IMG/VR virus record: IMGVR_UViG_3300033067_000224
Coordinates: 1-52,481 of that record
Source of the DNA: a virus
Taxonomy: Duplodnaviria; Caudoviricetes
Length of the DNA stretch: 52,481 nucleotides
Reading direction: 5' to 3' (one strand)
The notes under the pieces were generated by a model. That model had not been told where the DNA came from. It saw only the letters and a list, made by a program, of their open reading frames with translations, and made no database searches. Positions 25,772-36,611 of the stretch are shown here, piece after piece. How positions within the stretch are numbered: the first letter of the stretch is position 1; each line of letters opens with the position of its first letter. A program made the translations under genes and the position numbers.

Positions 25772-28700
25772 TTATTTAACAGGCAGCCCGGCGTTCTTTC
25801 TTGCCAGATCCTGCGCACGCTTGATCACATCGTCACCAGACGCCGCTGGGATGTACCTGCCATCTCCGTACGCAAAATCATTTCGGCTGATCCCACCGCC
25901 GGTTGTGAGCCCACCCCACCAGCCCAACTTCTCAGGCGTCACCGATGGATTTGGCCCAGTCGGCATGGGCTCGTCCCCGGCTATGCTGGCCCAGATACTG
26001 CTGTTCCGCCCCCTAGTGGCCTTCTGCTGGGCGTAGGTGAGCCGGGTGTCGAGAATTGCTTCGTGCTGCATCTTCGCCAAAGTCGGGGCGTCCACGATCT
26101 TCCCACCGGTCAGTTCGAGCAGTCGGTTCGCGGCCATCTCGGCCCCATTGGGGATCTCGTTTCCCGTCTCAGCGTCGATCACCTTCCCTTTGAATAGTTT
26201 GGTCATGTGCTCCGCTTCAGCGGCTTTGCGGGTTTCGTCGGCAGCGGCCTGCTCGGATAAAGTCTTCGCCGCCATCACCGCCCCACTGCGCATCAGAAGG
26301 TCTACAGCTGCGTCGGGGTTACCCTTGGTACGGTTCAGCGCGTCGGTGATCATCGCTGCCTCGCGCTGTTTTACCTCATACGGCAGCCTGGCCGCAGCGA
26401 GGGTACGCTGGCTGTTTATGTCTGCCGCTCTCAGTGTCGTCTCGTTGTCCATCGCGTGTGCGCGAAGCGTCGTGTTTGCGGTGGTCGCATCCCGCACCCG
26501 CGAAGCCTCACCCTCGGCGTACGACTTCTCAACCCCTTGGAGCATAGCTCCGGCGTCGTCGACGACCTTCAGGGCGGCGAGCTTGCGTGGGTCATTGTCT
26601 GCAAGCGACCTCATGCTCAACACGTTCTGCGCCTCCTTGACCCTGGCGTCGATGTCGCGCAGCGCCTGGTTCTTGGCGATCTCACGGTTACCCGCCATGC
26701 CAGCCTCGTGGTACGCTCGTGCCTCTTCCGCATCCTGTGCAGCCCGCTGATCACGAAACGCTGTGGCATTGACCTTGGCGGTGGTGATGTCCGTAGCCCG
26801 CTGAGTCGGATCTGTGCTCGCCGGGGTGAACACCGCGCCGCCTCCACCAAGGAACATCCCGACTGCTTCACCGGGCTTGGCGTACTCGACACTCCCCCTG
26901 GGGGTGAACTCGTTGCCGTCGTTTCCGATGAACTTCGCGCCTTCTTTCACGTTACCGCCGCTGTAAGTCGTGCGCCCGAGGGCGTCGATTGTCTTGTAGA
27001 TGTTGCCCGTGTCGCGTAGGGACTTCGGCACGGTAGGGAGCGCCCCACCTGGGTCGCGCATGCTCTGGGCGTCAACGTAGCTGCGCAGATCACTCCGCCT
27101 GCCGTCGTCGATCTTCTGTGTGAGTTCAGGGCTGGCTACCGGATCCACATCCCGGTAGACACCCCTGGCGGCATCGGCCTGGACCCTCGCGTCGGCGTTA
27201 GCCGCCTGCTGGTTGAGTGCGGCGATCTTGGCGAACCCGTCATTCTTGCTGAGGGCGTTGCGGATGTTCTCCCCGCGCTGCTCCTTGGCCTGGAGCCCAC
27301 CCTCTATGGCTCCGTAGTCTGCCGCAGTCAGGTTGAAGTCCCGCATCCGACGCTGCTTCAACGCCTCGCCATCAGCCCCCTCACTAGCCCTCAACCCCCT
27401 ACCTTTCCCCACAGCCTTCGCATCAGCCTCTGCGACTGTCATGCCCTTATCTGCCAGCACCTGCTCCCGCAATGTGCGCAGGTGACCCCTGAGCCCTGGC
27501 TGCGCGTCCAGCATGTCGTTACTCACCACAAACTCGCCCGGCTCGTACTTCGCAGGAATCTTGTCGCCCTCGCCGGTGCCAGGCACATCCCCACCCATGC
27601 CCGTCTGCAGGGTGCCGCCGTTGCGCAGACCGAAGCCTCCGGCGCCGAAGTGTCCGCGCAGGGCTCTGTCGTACATGTTCCTGCGGTTCTCTAGCCGTGC
27701 GCGGTCCTGCGCTGCGTAGGGGTCAGGCTGAGGCGCTATGTACCCGGTGGTCGCGGGCTGCACACCACGAGCTGCGTACCCTGGCATACCCATGGCAGCG
27801 TTCTGTACGCTCGCTCTGTCATTCATCTGGGCGAACTTCTGCTCCTGAGTGTCCCTCAGAGACCGTTCCCTGTCTTGGACCGCGAATGCACGATCCTGTG
27901 CGGCGTTCTGAAACCTGAACGCACGCTCATTCTCAGCAGCAGCCCGGTCATTAGCAGCGAAGCCCCTATCCTCCCCGGCCCACTGCAACTTCTTCTGCCT
28001 CTCCAGCATGCCCTGGTTGTAGGTATTCAGCGCCTGCTGTGCGGCCATCGCCTCTTCCCCCGGCATAGGGGCTCTAGGCGTCGTCTGTGCCACCTTCGCC
28101 TGGGCCATCGCGTGGGCATCATCAGCCGCTTGCGCAGACATCTGGTACCGCTGCTGGTCGACTGGGGACAACCACTTCGTCTGGCCCGCGCTCTCGGCAA
28201 ACCCACCAGGTGTAAAGCCATTAAACGCGTGCAGCTCCCCACCATTACGCAGCCCGACCCTGGCAGGGACTTCCCCGCCATTTTTCATGTGCCACATGCT
28301 GCTGAGCAGGTTACTGTCCGCACCGTACATGCTCGCAGCCTTCGTAGCGTCGTAGCCATAGCGCTGGGTATCAGCCTGGGTACCAATCTGGTACCTCTGT
28401 GTCAGATCGTTCATCCGAGCGATATCCGCCTGGTTGTTAAACCCATAGCGCTGGGTGCCCGCTTGGGTGTCGAAGCCATAGCGCTGGGTGTCAGCCTGGG
28501 TACCAATCTGGTACCGCTGCGTCAGATCGTTCATCCGAGACGTGGCAGACTGTGCGTCCACCCCGTAGCGGTGGGATGCCGCGCTGGTATCGTACCCGTA
28601 GCGCTGGGTGTCAGCACCGAGCCTGGCGTTCGCCGACTGAGCGTCGATGCCATAGCGGCTGGTGGCGTCCCCCATGCGCGCTGTAGCTGACTGGGTGTCG

Positions 28701-28846
28701 ATGCCATAGCGGCTGGTGGCGTCTCTACGCAGCGCGTCCTCGTGCTCGTTCATCGCGCGCAGCCCCCCAACGCTGATTCCCCTCGGGATAGTCCCGAAGG
28801 CCCCACCGAAGGCCATGCGCAGTGTCGGTTTCTTGCAGTTCTTCAT
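25772..28846 (-). CDS. Internal virion / DNA-transfer protein with RYG repeats
   Basis: Start MKNCKK at 28846 has an AGGAG RBS (the track start overlaps the upstream gene); GDVPGTGEGDKIPAKYEPGEFVV motif as seen in tape-measure/transfer proteins; repeated xNGG motifs. Confidence 0.7.
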   Translation of the reverse strand: MKNCKKPTLRMAFGGAFGTIPRGISVGGLRAMNEHEDALRRDATSRYGIDTQSATARMGDATSRYGIDAQSANARLGADTQRYGYDTSAASHRYGVDAQSATSRMNDLTQRYQIGTQADTQRYGFDTQAGTQRYGFNNQADIARMNDLTQRYQIGTQADTQRYGYDATKAASMYGADSNLLSSMWHMKNGGEVPARVGLRNGGELHAFNGFTPGGFAESAGQTKWLSPVDQQRYQMSAQAADDAHAMAQAKVAQTTPRAPMPGEEAMAAQQALNTYNQGMLERQKKLQWAGEDRGFAANDRAAAENERAFRFQNAAQDRAFAVQDRERSLRDTQEQKFAQMNDRASVQNAAMGMPGYAARGVQPATTGYIAPQPDPYAAQDRARLENRRNMYDRALRGHFGAGGFGLRNGGTLQTGMGGDVPGTGEGDKIPAKYEPGEFVVSNDMLDAQPGLRGHLRTLREQVLADKGMTVAEADAKAVGKGRGLRASEGADGEALKQRRMRDFNLTAADYGAIEGGLQAKEQRGENIRNALSKNDGFAKIAALNQQAANADARVQADAARGVYRDVDPVASPELTQKIDDGRRSDLRSYVDAQSMRDPGGALPTVPKSLRDTGNIYKTIDALGRTTYSGGNVKEGAKFIGNDGNEFTPRGSVEYAKPGEAVGMFLGGGGAVFTPASTDPTQRATDITTAKVNATAFRDQRAAQDAEEARAYHEAGMAGNREIAKNQALRDIDARVKEAQNVLSMRSLADNDPRKLAALKVVDDAGAMLQGVEKSYAEGEASRVRDATTANTTLRAHAMDNETTLRAADINSQRTLAAARLPYEVKQREAAMITDALNRTKGNPDAAVDLLMRSGAVMAAKTLSEQAAADETRKAAEAEHMTKLFKGKVIDAETGNEIPNGAEMAANRLLELTGGKIVDAPTLAKMQHEAILDTRLTYAQQKATRGRNSSIWASIAGDEPMPTGPNPSVTPEKLGWWGGLTTGGGISRNDFAYGDGRYIPAASGDDVIKRAQDLARKNAGLPVK
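28340..28725 (-). repeat. Intragenic coding repeats T(S/Q)RY(G/Q)xD(T/A)Q, including a near-exact duplication at 120-bp offset
   Basis: About 10 RYG/RYQ units; GCCATAGCGCTGGGT.TCAGCCTGGGTACCAATCTGGTACC..GTCAGATCGTTCATCCGAG at about 28354 and 28474. Confidence 0.85.
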
Positions 28847-28866
28847 GCTTAATCTCCTGGTAATTT

Positions 28867-30747
28867 TTACGCTGCGCCCGCGCCGGGGTCGTTCGGCATA
28901 TCCGCTTTGTCGATTGCGTCGAAGTTGTAGTTCGCGCTCTGGTTGTCGCTCGCGGACACCGACCCAGAAGCACCGAGGCTGTAATGCGTCTGGCTCATAA
29001 TCGAGCTGAGCAGCTGCGAATAAACCTGCGCCGTGACCTTCGAGGCATCCATCGACATCGACCGGCTGGTCTGCAGTAGATCCGCGTTCATCTTCGACAC
29101 ATTGGCTACCGTACTCGCCGCCTGGATATGAGCCTGTGCTTCTGCCGCCCACAGGCTCGCGGTGACGGTGTTGAACGAGCCGACAGCGCTCGCATAGATC
29201 GACTCGGACTGGGCTATGGCGCTTGCCGCCTGGGCCTCAGCACTGGCACGAGTCCCTTCTGCGTCCACCACGGCTTTGTAAGCCTCGACCCTCAACCGAT
29301 TGGCGTCCTGCCTAGCGCGATACGCCTCGATCTCAGCAGACTTCGCCTTCGTCTTCGCCTCTGTCTCTGCTGCGTACCCCTGCACCTCAGCCTGGTAGGC
29401 TTTGACGCGCTCGGAAAATATCTGCATCTCCGCGCCTTTGGCCTGGGTCTGCGCGAGGTATGCCTGGGCCTCTGCGCTGAACGCGGATACGTCCGCCTCG
29501 AAAGCCTTCAGCTTCAGCTCCTCCATCTTCCCAACGGCAACTGTCGCATCCACTTCGGCTTTGTACGCCTCGAGCAACGCGTTGTTCGCACCGAGCTCTG
29601 CGACATACTGCTCAACGATGGCTTTGTTCACATCGGCCTTGGCCTGCTCTGCGCCGATCTCAGATGCGTACGCCCGTGCCTTCGCCTCGTAAGCCTGGAT
29701 CTCGGCCTGGTAAAGTGATACGCCGATCTTTCGGGTTTCCTCAGCAGCGAGGTACCCTTTAAGCAGCGCGTCATATATCTGCAGCGCAGCCTCATTAGCC
29801 TGCCGTACTGCTTCCAGCACGCGCTGCCTGCACGACGTTTCATACTGGACGAACACCTGCTCTACGGGGGTGATGAGCTCCAGAGCTTTCTGAACGTTCG
29901 ACAGCTCGAGCTCTGCCTGCTTAATGGCGATGTCCCGGCTGAGGGTGTTCATCTTGAGCACGGAGTCGCTACGTACCGCCATCAGCTTGGCCTGGGCCAG
30001 CCCTGTGGGGGTGTAGAACCCGCGCGCGGCGTCCTGGCGGATCACGTCGGCCTCAGCCGCACGGGCCGCCGTCATCTCTCGGTCACGCGCCCGGCTCCAG
30101 ATGGCAGACTCGATAGCCGGTGGGAGCCCAGTGCCGCCAGTCTCTATGCGGGTCTTCAGCATATCGATATGCGACTGGAGCAGCGCGGTAGTCGCCGCTG
30201 TGGGCGCTTCTTCGTACCGCTCTATAGACCCAGGCAGCGAGGGGGCTGCGAAAAACGTCTTAACGTACTCCGGTCTGGCCGCATCGAATGCCCTGATCGT
30301 AATGTCCGCGAGGTTCCCACGGGTCCGTGGGGCCAGTGTCGGCATCCCGCCTATCGTGGGGATGTGGAAGTCCACGTTGTTGGCGGGCCTATGCCCTGTG
30401 AACGGCGTCATCGCACCAGGCGCAGTGCCGAAATTAGCAGGGGGGCCGCCACTAATAACGAGTGGCTCCGGGTTGGGTATAGCATCCAGCTCTGGCCGGT
30501 CGCCGTACTCTGGCGGAGTCGGTTTGAACTCCGAGGGCTTCTCCGGCCTGTCCAGGGGCGGTGCAGCCGACAAGTCTATGTCGACAGAAATGGTCCCCGC
30601 CGAGGCAAGGATAGCAGCCGCCGCGTCGCTGAGCTGAGTGACGATGGTATCGAGATTTGCCATCGCACGGATGGAGTTCGCCTCCGACAACGTCAACTTT
30701 TCGCCGAGTGCGTTAAGTATTAGGGGTACGCTGGAAACGTTCGACAT
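28867..30747 (-). CDS. Virion structural protein (long Ala/Tyr-periodic coiled coil)
   Basis: 626 aa; Pro-rich N-terminus then periodic Y/F..E..A repeats; AGGAG RBS. Confidence 0.75.
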   Translation of the reverse strand: MSNVSSVPLILNALGEKLTLSEANSIRAMANLDTIVTQLSDAAAAILASAGTISVDIDLSAAPPLDRPEKPSEFKPTPPEYGDRPELDAIPNPEPLVISGGPPANFGTAPGAMTPFTGHRPANNVDFHIPTIGGMPTLAPRTRGNLADITIRAFDAARPEYVKTFFAAPSLPGSIERYEEAPTAATTALLQSHIDMLKTRIETGGTGLPPAIESAIWSRARDREMTAARAAEADVIRQDAARGFYTPTGLAQAKLMAVRSDSVLKMNTLSRDIAIKQAELELSNVQKALELITPVEQVFVQYETSCRQRVLEAVRQANEAALQIYDALLKGYLAAEETRKIGVSLYQAEIQAYEAKARAYASEIGAEQAKADVNKAIVEQYVAELGANNALLEAYKAEVDATVAVGKMEELKLKAFEADVSAFSAEAQAYLAQTQAKGAEMQIFSERVKAYQAEVQGYAAETEAKTKAKSAEIEAYRARQDANRLRVEAYKAVVDAEGTRASAEAQAASAIAQSESIYASAVGSFNTVTASLWAAEAQAHIQAASTVANVSKMNADLLQTSRSMSMDASKVTAQVYSQLLSSIMSQTHYSLGASGSVSASDNQSANYNFDAIDKADMPNDPGAGAA

Positions 30748-30755
30748 GTTCTCTC

Positions 30756-32435
30756 CTAGATGATCCCTACTGCGTAGGTGTCCTTCACGACCCGGGTGAT
30801 GCCGTTCTTCGCTACGAGCAGCGCGTCAGACAGCTGCCCGTTCGGCGCCGTGCGCAGCACATAATCCCCAAGGTCATTTGTCACTACGTAGAACCAGTTC
30901 CCTACGGACGTCCCGTCCATAACGACGTTGCCCCCCACGTTCAGCGCCTTGCCCACGACCAGGCTGCTGACGATCGGCTCGGGTATGCCGTAGGTCTCAT
31001 AATTCACCGTCGCGTGGTACCCGACGGACCATGCCAGTCGGACATAGGAACCGGTGTCGTAGTCCAAATACCAGTAGAGCTTGTTCGCGGCGTCGATGTC
31101 AGTGATGCTGATCGTGCGTAACCACTCGTATACGGTAGTCGGCATGATCCCCTGGAACACGATAAGCGGCTGCTTGATGATCGAGGAGAAGTTCTGCCGG
31201 CTAAAGACGCCTGTCCAGGCTGGTGTCTTCCCCGCGATGCTTGTAGCGTTATCCAGCTCAAAGTAGTTGAACTTGTACTCAACACGCCCTGACGTGGAGA
31301 TTGGCCCCATCTCACTGTTCGCGGGGCCGTACTCATAGGCGCTGTGGGGGCTGACGTTCCGCGCTGATCCGGTCTTAGCGGTCTGCTTGAGTGTGATGTG
31401 CAGGGTATCGAACTTCGCTTCTCCCGTGCGAGGCACGCCGTCTTTGAACCCAGACCGGACGATCTCTGCGCTCGGGCCTTCTGCCAGACTCGTGACTGTG
31501 AACACCGTGGGCGCGGCATCAGGCAGCAGCGAGACATCTTTCAGGGCCACTGTCTCGCCAAGCACAGCGCAGGATGTTGTGAACGTCCTAGCCGCTGTGC
31601 TCACGCTCAGGTACTTACTGAAATTCACAACCCCCACCGTTTTGACCATAGCGGTCCCGAGCACTCGGATGTATTCGATCTTTCTGACCTTACCGTCGCT
31701 GAATCTGGCTTTTGCTTCGTGGATGCGGAGGGTCGTAGCGCTCGGAAAATCTGCTACCAGGATGCGCTTGCCATACACCCGCATGCCGTAGATCTGACCG
31801 TTGAGGATAGGGTAAGCCTCACCGTCGTGATAGATGGCCCCGGACATAGTGTCGAATGGCTTAGCCGACCAGTTCGGATTGCGGATCTCCGGTGCCTCGG
31901 GGTCGTTGGAGTTCTCCAGCGTATCCTCCGGCTCAGGGGTAATATCCCCTCCCCCGGTGCTGTCCCAGGAGAAGTATGCCCCGAAGCCCCCTCGGCGCCT
32001 GCGGTTCCCAGCAGCTTTTCTGGCGACCTTATGATTGGCAAACCCGTTAAGGTCAAAACGAAACTTGTAGAGCAGCTGTTTCTCGAGGTCTGGCTCCTCA
32101 GTCAGTCCACCGCTGCGAGTACGCTTCATCAGCGTTATCAGGAATCCCTCCATCATCGCCGGTGGTTCCTTCACTGGCTTTTCGCTCACACGGATCGTCA
32201 CGTGGTCAGTCCCGCCCTGGGACTGGATGTGCATGACATCGCCGTTGTCGAATGTGAATGTGGCATTCGCTGTGGGGCCGGGCGCTGAGTTGGCAGTGTT
32301 CACAACGTAGTTGCTGTACGCCTGTCGGAACTGCGCCATGCGTTTGCCAGCTAGATTCGGGTCGCCCTCGATATGCTCGACCTTCTTCCTGGCCATACCA
32401 GTGTTGTCGTCGATGAATTCACCGAGGAAGCTCAT
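30756..32435 (-). CDS. Hypothetical virion/tail protein
   Basis: 559 aa, ATGA-coupled within the structural operon. Confidence 0.7.
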   Translation of the reverse strand: MSFLGEFIDDNTGMARKKVEHIEGDPNLAGKRMAQFRQAYSNYVVNTANSAPGPTANATFTFDNGDVMHIQSQGGTDHVTIRVSEKPVKEPPAMMEGFLITLMKRTRSGGLTEEPDLEKQLLYKFRFDLNGFANHKVARKAAGNRRRRGGFGAYFSWDSTGGGDITPEPEDTLENSNDPEAPEIRNPNWSAKPFDTMSGAIYHDGEAYPILNGQIYGMRVYGKRILVADFPSATTLRIHEAKARFSDGKVRKIEYIRVLGTAMVKTVGVVNFSKYLSVSTAARTFTTSCAVLGETVALKDVSLLPDAAPTVFTVTSLAEGPSAEIVRSGFKDGVPRTGEAKFDTLHITLKQTAKTGSARNVSPHSAYEYGPANSEMGPISTSGRVEYKFNYFELDNATSIAGKTPAWTGVFSRQNFSSIIKQPLIVFQGIMPTTVYEWLRTISITDIDAANKLYWYLDYDTGSYVRLAWSVGYHATVNYETYGIPEPIVSSLVVGKALNVGGNVVMDGTSVGNWFYVVTNDLGDYVLRTAPNGQLSDALLVAKNGITRVVKDTYAVGII

Positions 32436-35400
32436 CTCTGAATCTTTCGGGCCATCTCTGTCGTGGTGAACTCAACACCATCCAGGTCGAAGTCCTGGCC
32501 CTGGGACTCCAGCGAGAAAGTGAAGTAGCGGGTTTTGAACCCGCGACCGAATGTGATCCGCGCGGTCTCCATGTGGGCACCGTCGAGCGTGTAGTCGTAA
32601 GACCCCCCGGCCTCGTCTGTCACGGTGATGACGAACTGTCCATTCCCACGCATGCCCAGGTAGGCGTACTGCATCGTGGCCAGCTTGTTGCCATACGGCT
32701 GGATGACCCCTGTGGTGATCCTGGCCTTAACATCGCGGCCTGCATCGTCGTCACCATCGAGCCAGTACAAGCCCTGATCGTTGGCCCCGATGTAGCGCTC
32801 GCCCAGCTTAGCGAAGCTGTTGAAGTTGAAGTTCGAATACTGGGTCACTGCGGCGTTGCGCGTGTTCATGGCCCAAGTCGTGTAGGCTGGGGAGGCAAAG
32901 AACGCCTTGAACCGCACGTCATCCTGGACGACCGCCTGGAACAGAAGGGTCTGTGCGGGCACATCGGCCAGGGCGACATCCTCGCTCACAGTGACATACA
33001 GCAGGACTTCCAGCGCAGGCGCGTCGTGGAAGGCTGTGGTGTCAGTGACCGTGGTCCTGAATTCGGCCACGGCCTCAGCTGTGCCGTGGAACCCAGCGCC
33101 ATCGGCAGCAGCCAGGTGCCACGCTGGAGTCGCCGTACCTGAAGCCGCCAGCGCCTCCGTCAGGCTGAGCGCATGGCGCGTGGCTGGTGGGGCGGTTGTC
33201 AAGCTGATGCCATCGAGCACAGTCTGGTGCATGAGGCGCTGGGCATCATCGGCGACGCCGACGGCAGCCCTGAGCAGGACACCCCAGACCGCGCCCATCG
33301 TGCTCGTGACCGTAAGGGCCTCGGTCAGTGGGTAAGTCGCACGAGTCACACCCGGCAGGCTGTCAGCCAGGGCCAGCACCTCGGTCACTTTGAACGAGTT
33401 CAGCACGGCTGCGGCTGAGTCTGTCACACCGAGCCGCACGGATACGCCCTTTGTGCCCTGGGCTATGGCAACATCGTTGACATAGAACACCTGTGCGTGC
33501 CTGTGGGCCTGCGTCGTGTGGATCGAGTCGTAGAAGGCGGCTGCCTCTGGGATGCCTTCCCCTCCCGTGGCCGCCGCTGGCAGCACAGCCAGTGCGTACC
33601 CTGTAGTCGGCCCCTCAACAGACGGCTTACCGATGATGCTCGGCGGTATGACCACATGGCTGAATGGCAGTGTGGCACCACTGACGGTGGACGCAGACTT
33701 TACCTGTCCGGGCACTAGGCTGTAGTAGGAAGCCAGCACAGCCGCACCGTAGCTGAACGCCGTTTCTGCGAATTTTCCGGTAGGTACTTTTAAGGTTGCG
33801 CCAGAGTAGCGCGCAGTGCGGGTTATCCTAATTTCTTCGACGTAGAAGAACCCGCAGTTTCTGTCTGGGTACCCGCCCAGGTGCACATCAGCCTCTGAGT
33901 ACGCTGGCCTTCTGGTGATTGTGGTCGTAGCCCCAACGCCATCGACATACAGCGTTATGTCGTTTCCTTTGCGCACTACAGCAATGTGGTGCCAGCGTTG
34001 ACCTTCGCCCCAGAACGGGTACAGCGTTCCGATTGCAACGTCCTGAATTGCGGAACTATTCCATTGCCTCCACTGCAGAATACCGGAGTTTCTCGATGTG
34101 GATGGGTTCTCGTAGGGAACGTGTTCGAGAACCCACCCCTTGTTACCCTGCTGATAATTATTCCCTGCGATGACGTAGGTGTTGTTCTTCCCGCTGACCC
34201 ACATCTCGATAGTGAAGTCACCAGAAGATAAATCGAACTCTGCTCCGTACCCCGCCCGGACACCAAAACCGCCAGCGGAGCCGTTGTAGAGCGCTCCCCC
34301 GTACAGACCGGACGAAGACACGTAGCTCCCAGGCGCTGTGACCAGTGCGTGGCCCTTTGCATCCCGGATGTTATAAATGGTGCCGTGTGGCTCGTCAAAG
34401 TGGCACAGCAGCACCACATCTGACCAGAAGGGATCGCCATCGGCCCCTGAGCCGGATGGTAAGAACGCTGTCGTCGGTGGGACGTACAGGCCAGAGTTTG
34501 TATAGCGCGCAAAGCCGTTCGTGACGCGGAAATCTTCCAAGTACCCTTGGAAATACTCACCGGGTTGAGCGCCGTCCTCGGCGCTTGCCCCGACGATGAT
34601 CCCGATGTCCCACGACCGAAACTCGCCATTGTTGTACATCCGGTCGCCATCGCGGTTGGGTGTTTTGTTCGTCGTGACAATATCGCCGCCAGTTCCGTTC
34701 ACACATACCCTGTAATCGTTGCCGTATCGACATACGGACACGAACGCCCACGCATTTACGGTCAACGGATACGGACCGTCGATGAACGTGTCCGAGTTCG
34801 TCGCAGAGTCGTAGAACCCGAAACGGATAGCGCCTGTCGCCGTCATCCAGATGGCGTAGCTCCTTCTGGTCCCGCCCCACTTGTTAAGGATCGACGAGGC
34901 TTGTATCCGTGTTGGATGTATCCAAAACTCTATGGTGAAGTCACCGTCGATGAAGTCGAGATTGCGAGCAGGCCATAACACCAGCTTGGCTGAAGATCCG
35001 TTGAAGTAGATGCTCGTGTCGTGGTAGTTGTGCTGTGCATCGGAATAAACGACATCCGACTGGTTGAACACCCTACGGCCTTTTGCATCGGCTACGGCTT
35101 TGGAGCCTATAGGACCACTCCCAGTGATTAAGAGAACAGTCTTTCCCCACTGACCATCAGCCTCAGCAGGCGTTATTCTTGACCCAAGCGCTTCGCCAGG
35201 GCTGAAGCTGTACGCAAGCTGGCACATCACCCCACGGGATGACGGTGGGTTGTAGAACGGAGTCAGGGAGGGGACGAAATCGCTGGAGTCGTAGTGGGCA
35301 TAGTTGTTCGAGAACCCGATGGAGTCTAGGTAGAAAGTACCACGTGCAGCGTTGCTACCGAAGCCGGTTAGCGAGATCGCGCCTGTGCTCACGGCCTCCG

Positions 35401-36598
35401 CGAATTTGTTGCCCCCAAGGTAGTACCGAATGATGTTGGCTTTGCGGCAAATAGCAACGTGAACCCACGTAGCGAGCGCGAACGTGGGCGAGTCCCCTAT
35501 GCCGGTGCGCAGTGCGTTTGTCGTCGCATATAAGGAGAGTCCGCTCCCGATCAGAAACCCGGTGTCAGCAGATACTGTTGCGAGGTTTAACCAGAACTCC
35601 AGTGTAAAGTTTGTGTACGCAGCCACGCTCCCTGCGCCACTGGGCAGCATCAGCGCTACCCCCGCCGGGAAGAATATGGACGTCGCACCAAACTTCGATG
35701 TTGTCCCTGAGTTTGCTATCCCGTAGGGCAGGAATATGGCGCTATCCGGGTCGAAGAAGTGCGAACCTTTATCCTCTTTCGCCCATGCAAAACCTGCCTC
35801 ATCGTCACAGCTTAGTGACCAAGTGGTGCTGGTATCGCCATACTTGAACCCGGCGTAGAGCAGACTGGTTATCTCAGCCCTTCCAGGGAGTAATGCCGTC
35901 GCATAGCCAAACGGAGGGGCGGCGGTTGTGGTGCCTTCTGGCGTAACCAGTTGCCCTGGGGGTGTGAAGTTCGCTGTGTATCTGGCAGTACCTTTTGTGA
36001 TACGCAGGTCGTCGATGTACCCCGCGTAGTATCGAGGGCCGAACGTTGCATCGTTGCCTATCGTCAAACCCTTTGATACCGAGGCGAACGCTGTGGACGT
36101 AGTCGCTGTCGCCACCTGGGCCCCATCGAGAAACATCCTGTGGACATCCCCCGATTTTGTCCACGCTAAGTGGTGCCACGCATCGTCACGGTATGCCGAG
36201 GTATTAGCAACCATAAACGCCGTGCTGGTAGAGTAGGCTGCCCAGTAGATAGTCAGTGGTGAGCTGCTATTGCCGTTGAGCATGAAGGTCCAACCGCCTG
36301 TGTACGGAGAACCGCCCCACTCTCTGCCGATGAGCGTTGCGTGGCTTGCAGTAGAGCTGGTGTTGAACCACAGCTCAATCGTCATATCCCCAGAACCAAA
36401 GTCGAAATCGGTGCTGGTCGGTATCGTCAGGTAGTCGCCAGTACCGTCGAGGTACAGACTCGACCCGCCGTACTTGCTCTGGGCCGTACTTATCTGCGCA
36501 TTACCATAAGCCGTAACGGTCTTTGGCGATGCGCTCGCGTCAGTAATAGTCGTGCTGCCATTACTTCCGTCGAACGGAAGGATAAGTACGTCGGTCAT
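32432..36598 (-). CDS. Tail protein with four LamG / ConA-like lectin-glucanase domains
   Basis: Four units of the type LL.FDG...YGG.S.YF.G...DFTIE.W...W.H.A..R.G....Y.DG...DDLRIT.G.ARY..NF.PP; C-terminal domain TWAMNT...Y.NF.F.S. Confidence 0.85.
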   Translation of the reverse strand: MTDVLILPFDGSNGSTTITDASASPKTVTAYGNAQISTAQSKYGGSSLYLDGTGDYLTIPTSTDFDFGSGDMTIELWFNTSSTASHATLIGREWGGSPYTGGWTFMLNGNSSSPLTIYWAAYSTSTAFMVANTSAYRDDAWHHLAWTKSGDVHRMFLDGAQVATATTSTAFASVSKGLTIGNDATFGPRYYAGYIDDLRITKGTARYTANFTPPGQLVTPEGTTTAAPPFGYATALLPGRAEITSLLYAGFKYGDTSTTWSLSCDDEAGFAWAKEDKGSHFFDPDSAIFLPYGIANSGTTSKFGATSIFFPAGVALMLPSGAGSVAAYTNFTLEFWLNLATVSADTGFLIGSGLSLYATTNALRTGIGDSPTFALATWVHVAICRKANIIRYYLGGNKFAEAVSTGAISLTGFGSNAARGTFYLDSIGFSNNYAHYDSSDFVPSLTPFYNPPSSRGVMCQLAYSFSPGEALGSRITPAEADGQWGKTVLLITGSGPIGSKAVADAKGRRVFNQSDVVYSDAQHNYHDTSIYFNGSSAKLVLWPARNLDFIDGDFTIEFWIHPTRIQASSILNKWGGTRRSYAIWMTATGAIRFGFYDSATNSDTFIDGPYPLTVNAWAFVSVCRYGNDYRVCVNGTGGDIVTTNKTPNRDGDRMYNNGEFRSWDIGIIVGASAEDGAQPGEYFQGYLEDFRVTNGFARYTNSGLYVPPTTAFLPSGSGADGDPFWSDVVLLCHFDEPHGTIYNIRDAKGHALVTAPGSYVSSSGLYGGALYNGSAGGFGVRAGYGAEFDLSSGDFTIEMWVSGKNNTYVIAGNNYQQGNKGWVLEHVPYENPSTSRNSGILQWRQWNSSAIQDVAIGTLYPFWGEGQRWHHIAVVRKGNDITLYVDGVGATTTITRRPAYSEADVHLGGYPDRNCGFFYVEEIRITRTARYSGATLKVPTGKFAETAFSYGAAVLASYYSLVPGQVKSASTVSGATLPFSHVVIPPSIIGKPSVEGPTTGYALAVLPAAATGGEGIPEAAAFYDSIHTTQAHRHAQVFYVNDVAIAQGTKGVSVRLGVTDSAAAVLNSFKVTEVLALADSLPGVTRATYPLTEALTVTSTMGAVWGVLLRAAVGVADDAQRLMHQTVLDGISLTTAPPATRHALSLTEALAASGTATPAWHLAAADGAGFHGTAEAVAEFRTTVTDTTAFHDAPALEVLLYVTVSEDVALADVPAQTLLFQAVVQDDVRFKAFFASPAYTTWAMNTRNAAVTQYSNFNFNSFAKLGERYIGANDQGLYWLDGDDDAGRDVKARITTGVIQPYGNKLATMQYAYLGMRGNGQFVITVTDEAGGSYDYTLDGAHMETARITFGRGFKTRYFTFSLESQGQDFDLDGVEFTTTEMARKIQR

Positions 36599-36611
36599 GG
36601 GCTCGATCCGT

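Noticed and set aside
28340-28725. Regularly spaced DNA repeats resembling a CRISPR array or DGR template/variable repeats
   Set aside because: They are in-frame coding repeats with synonymous variation; no unique spacers, no adenine-specific mismatches, and no reverse transcriptase
28847-29152. 102-codon N-terminal extension of the 1126-aa ORF
   Set aside because: Overlaps the upstream gene; the ATG at 28846 has a clear AGGAG RBS
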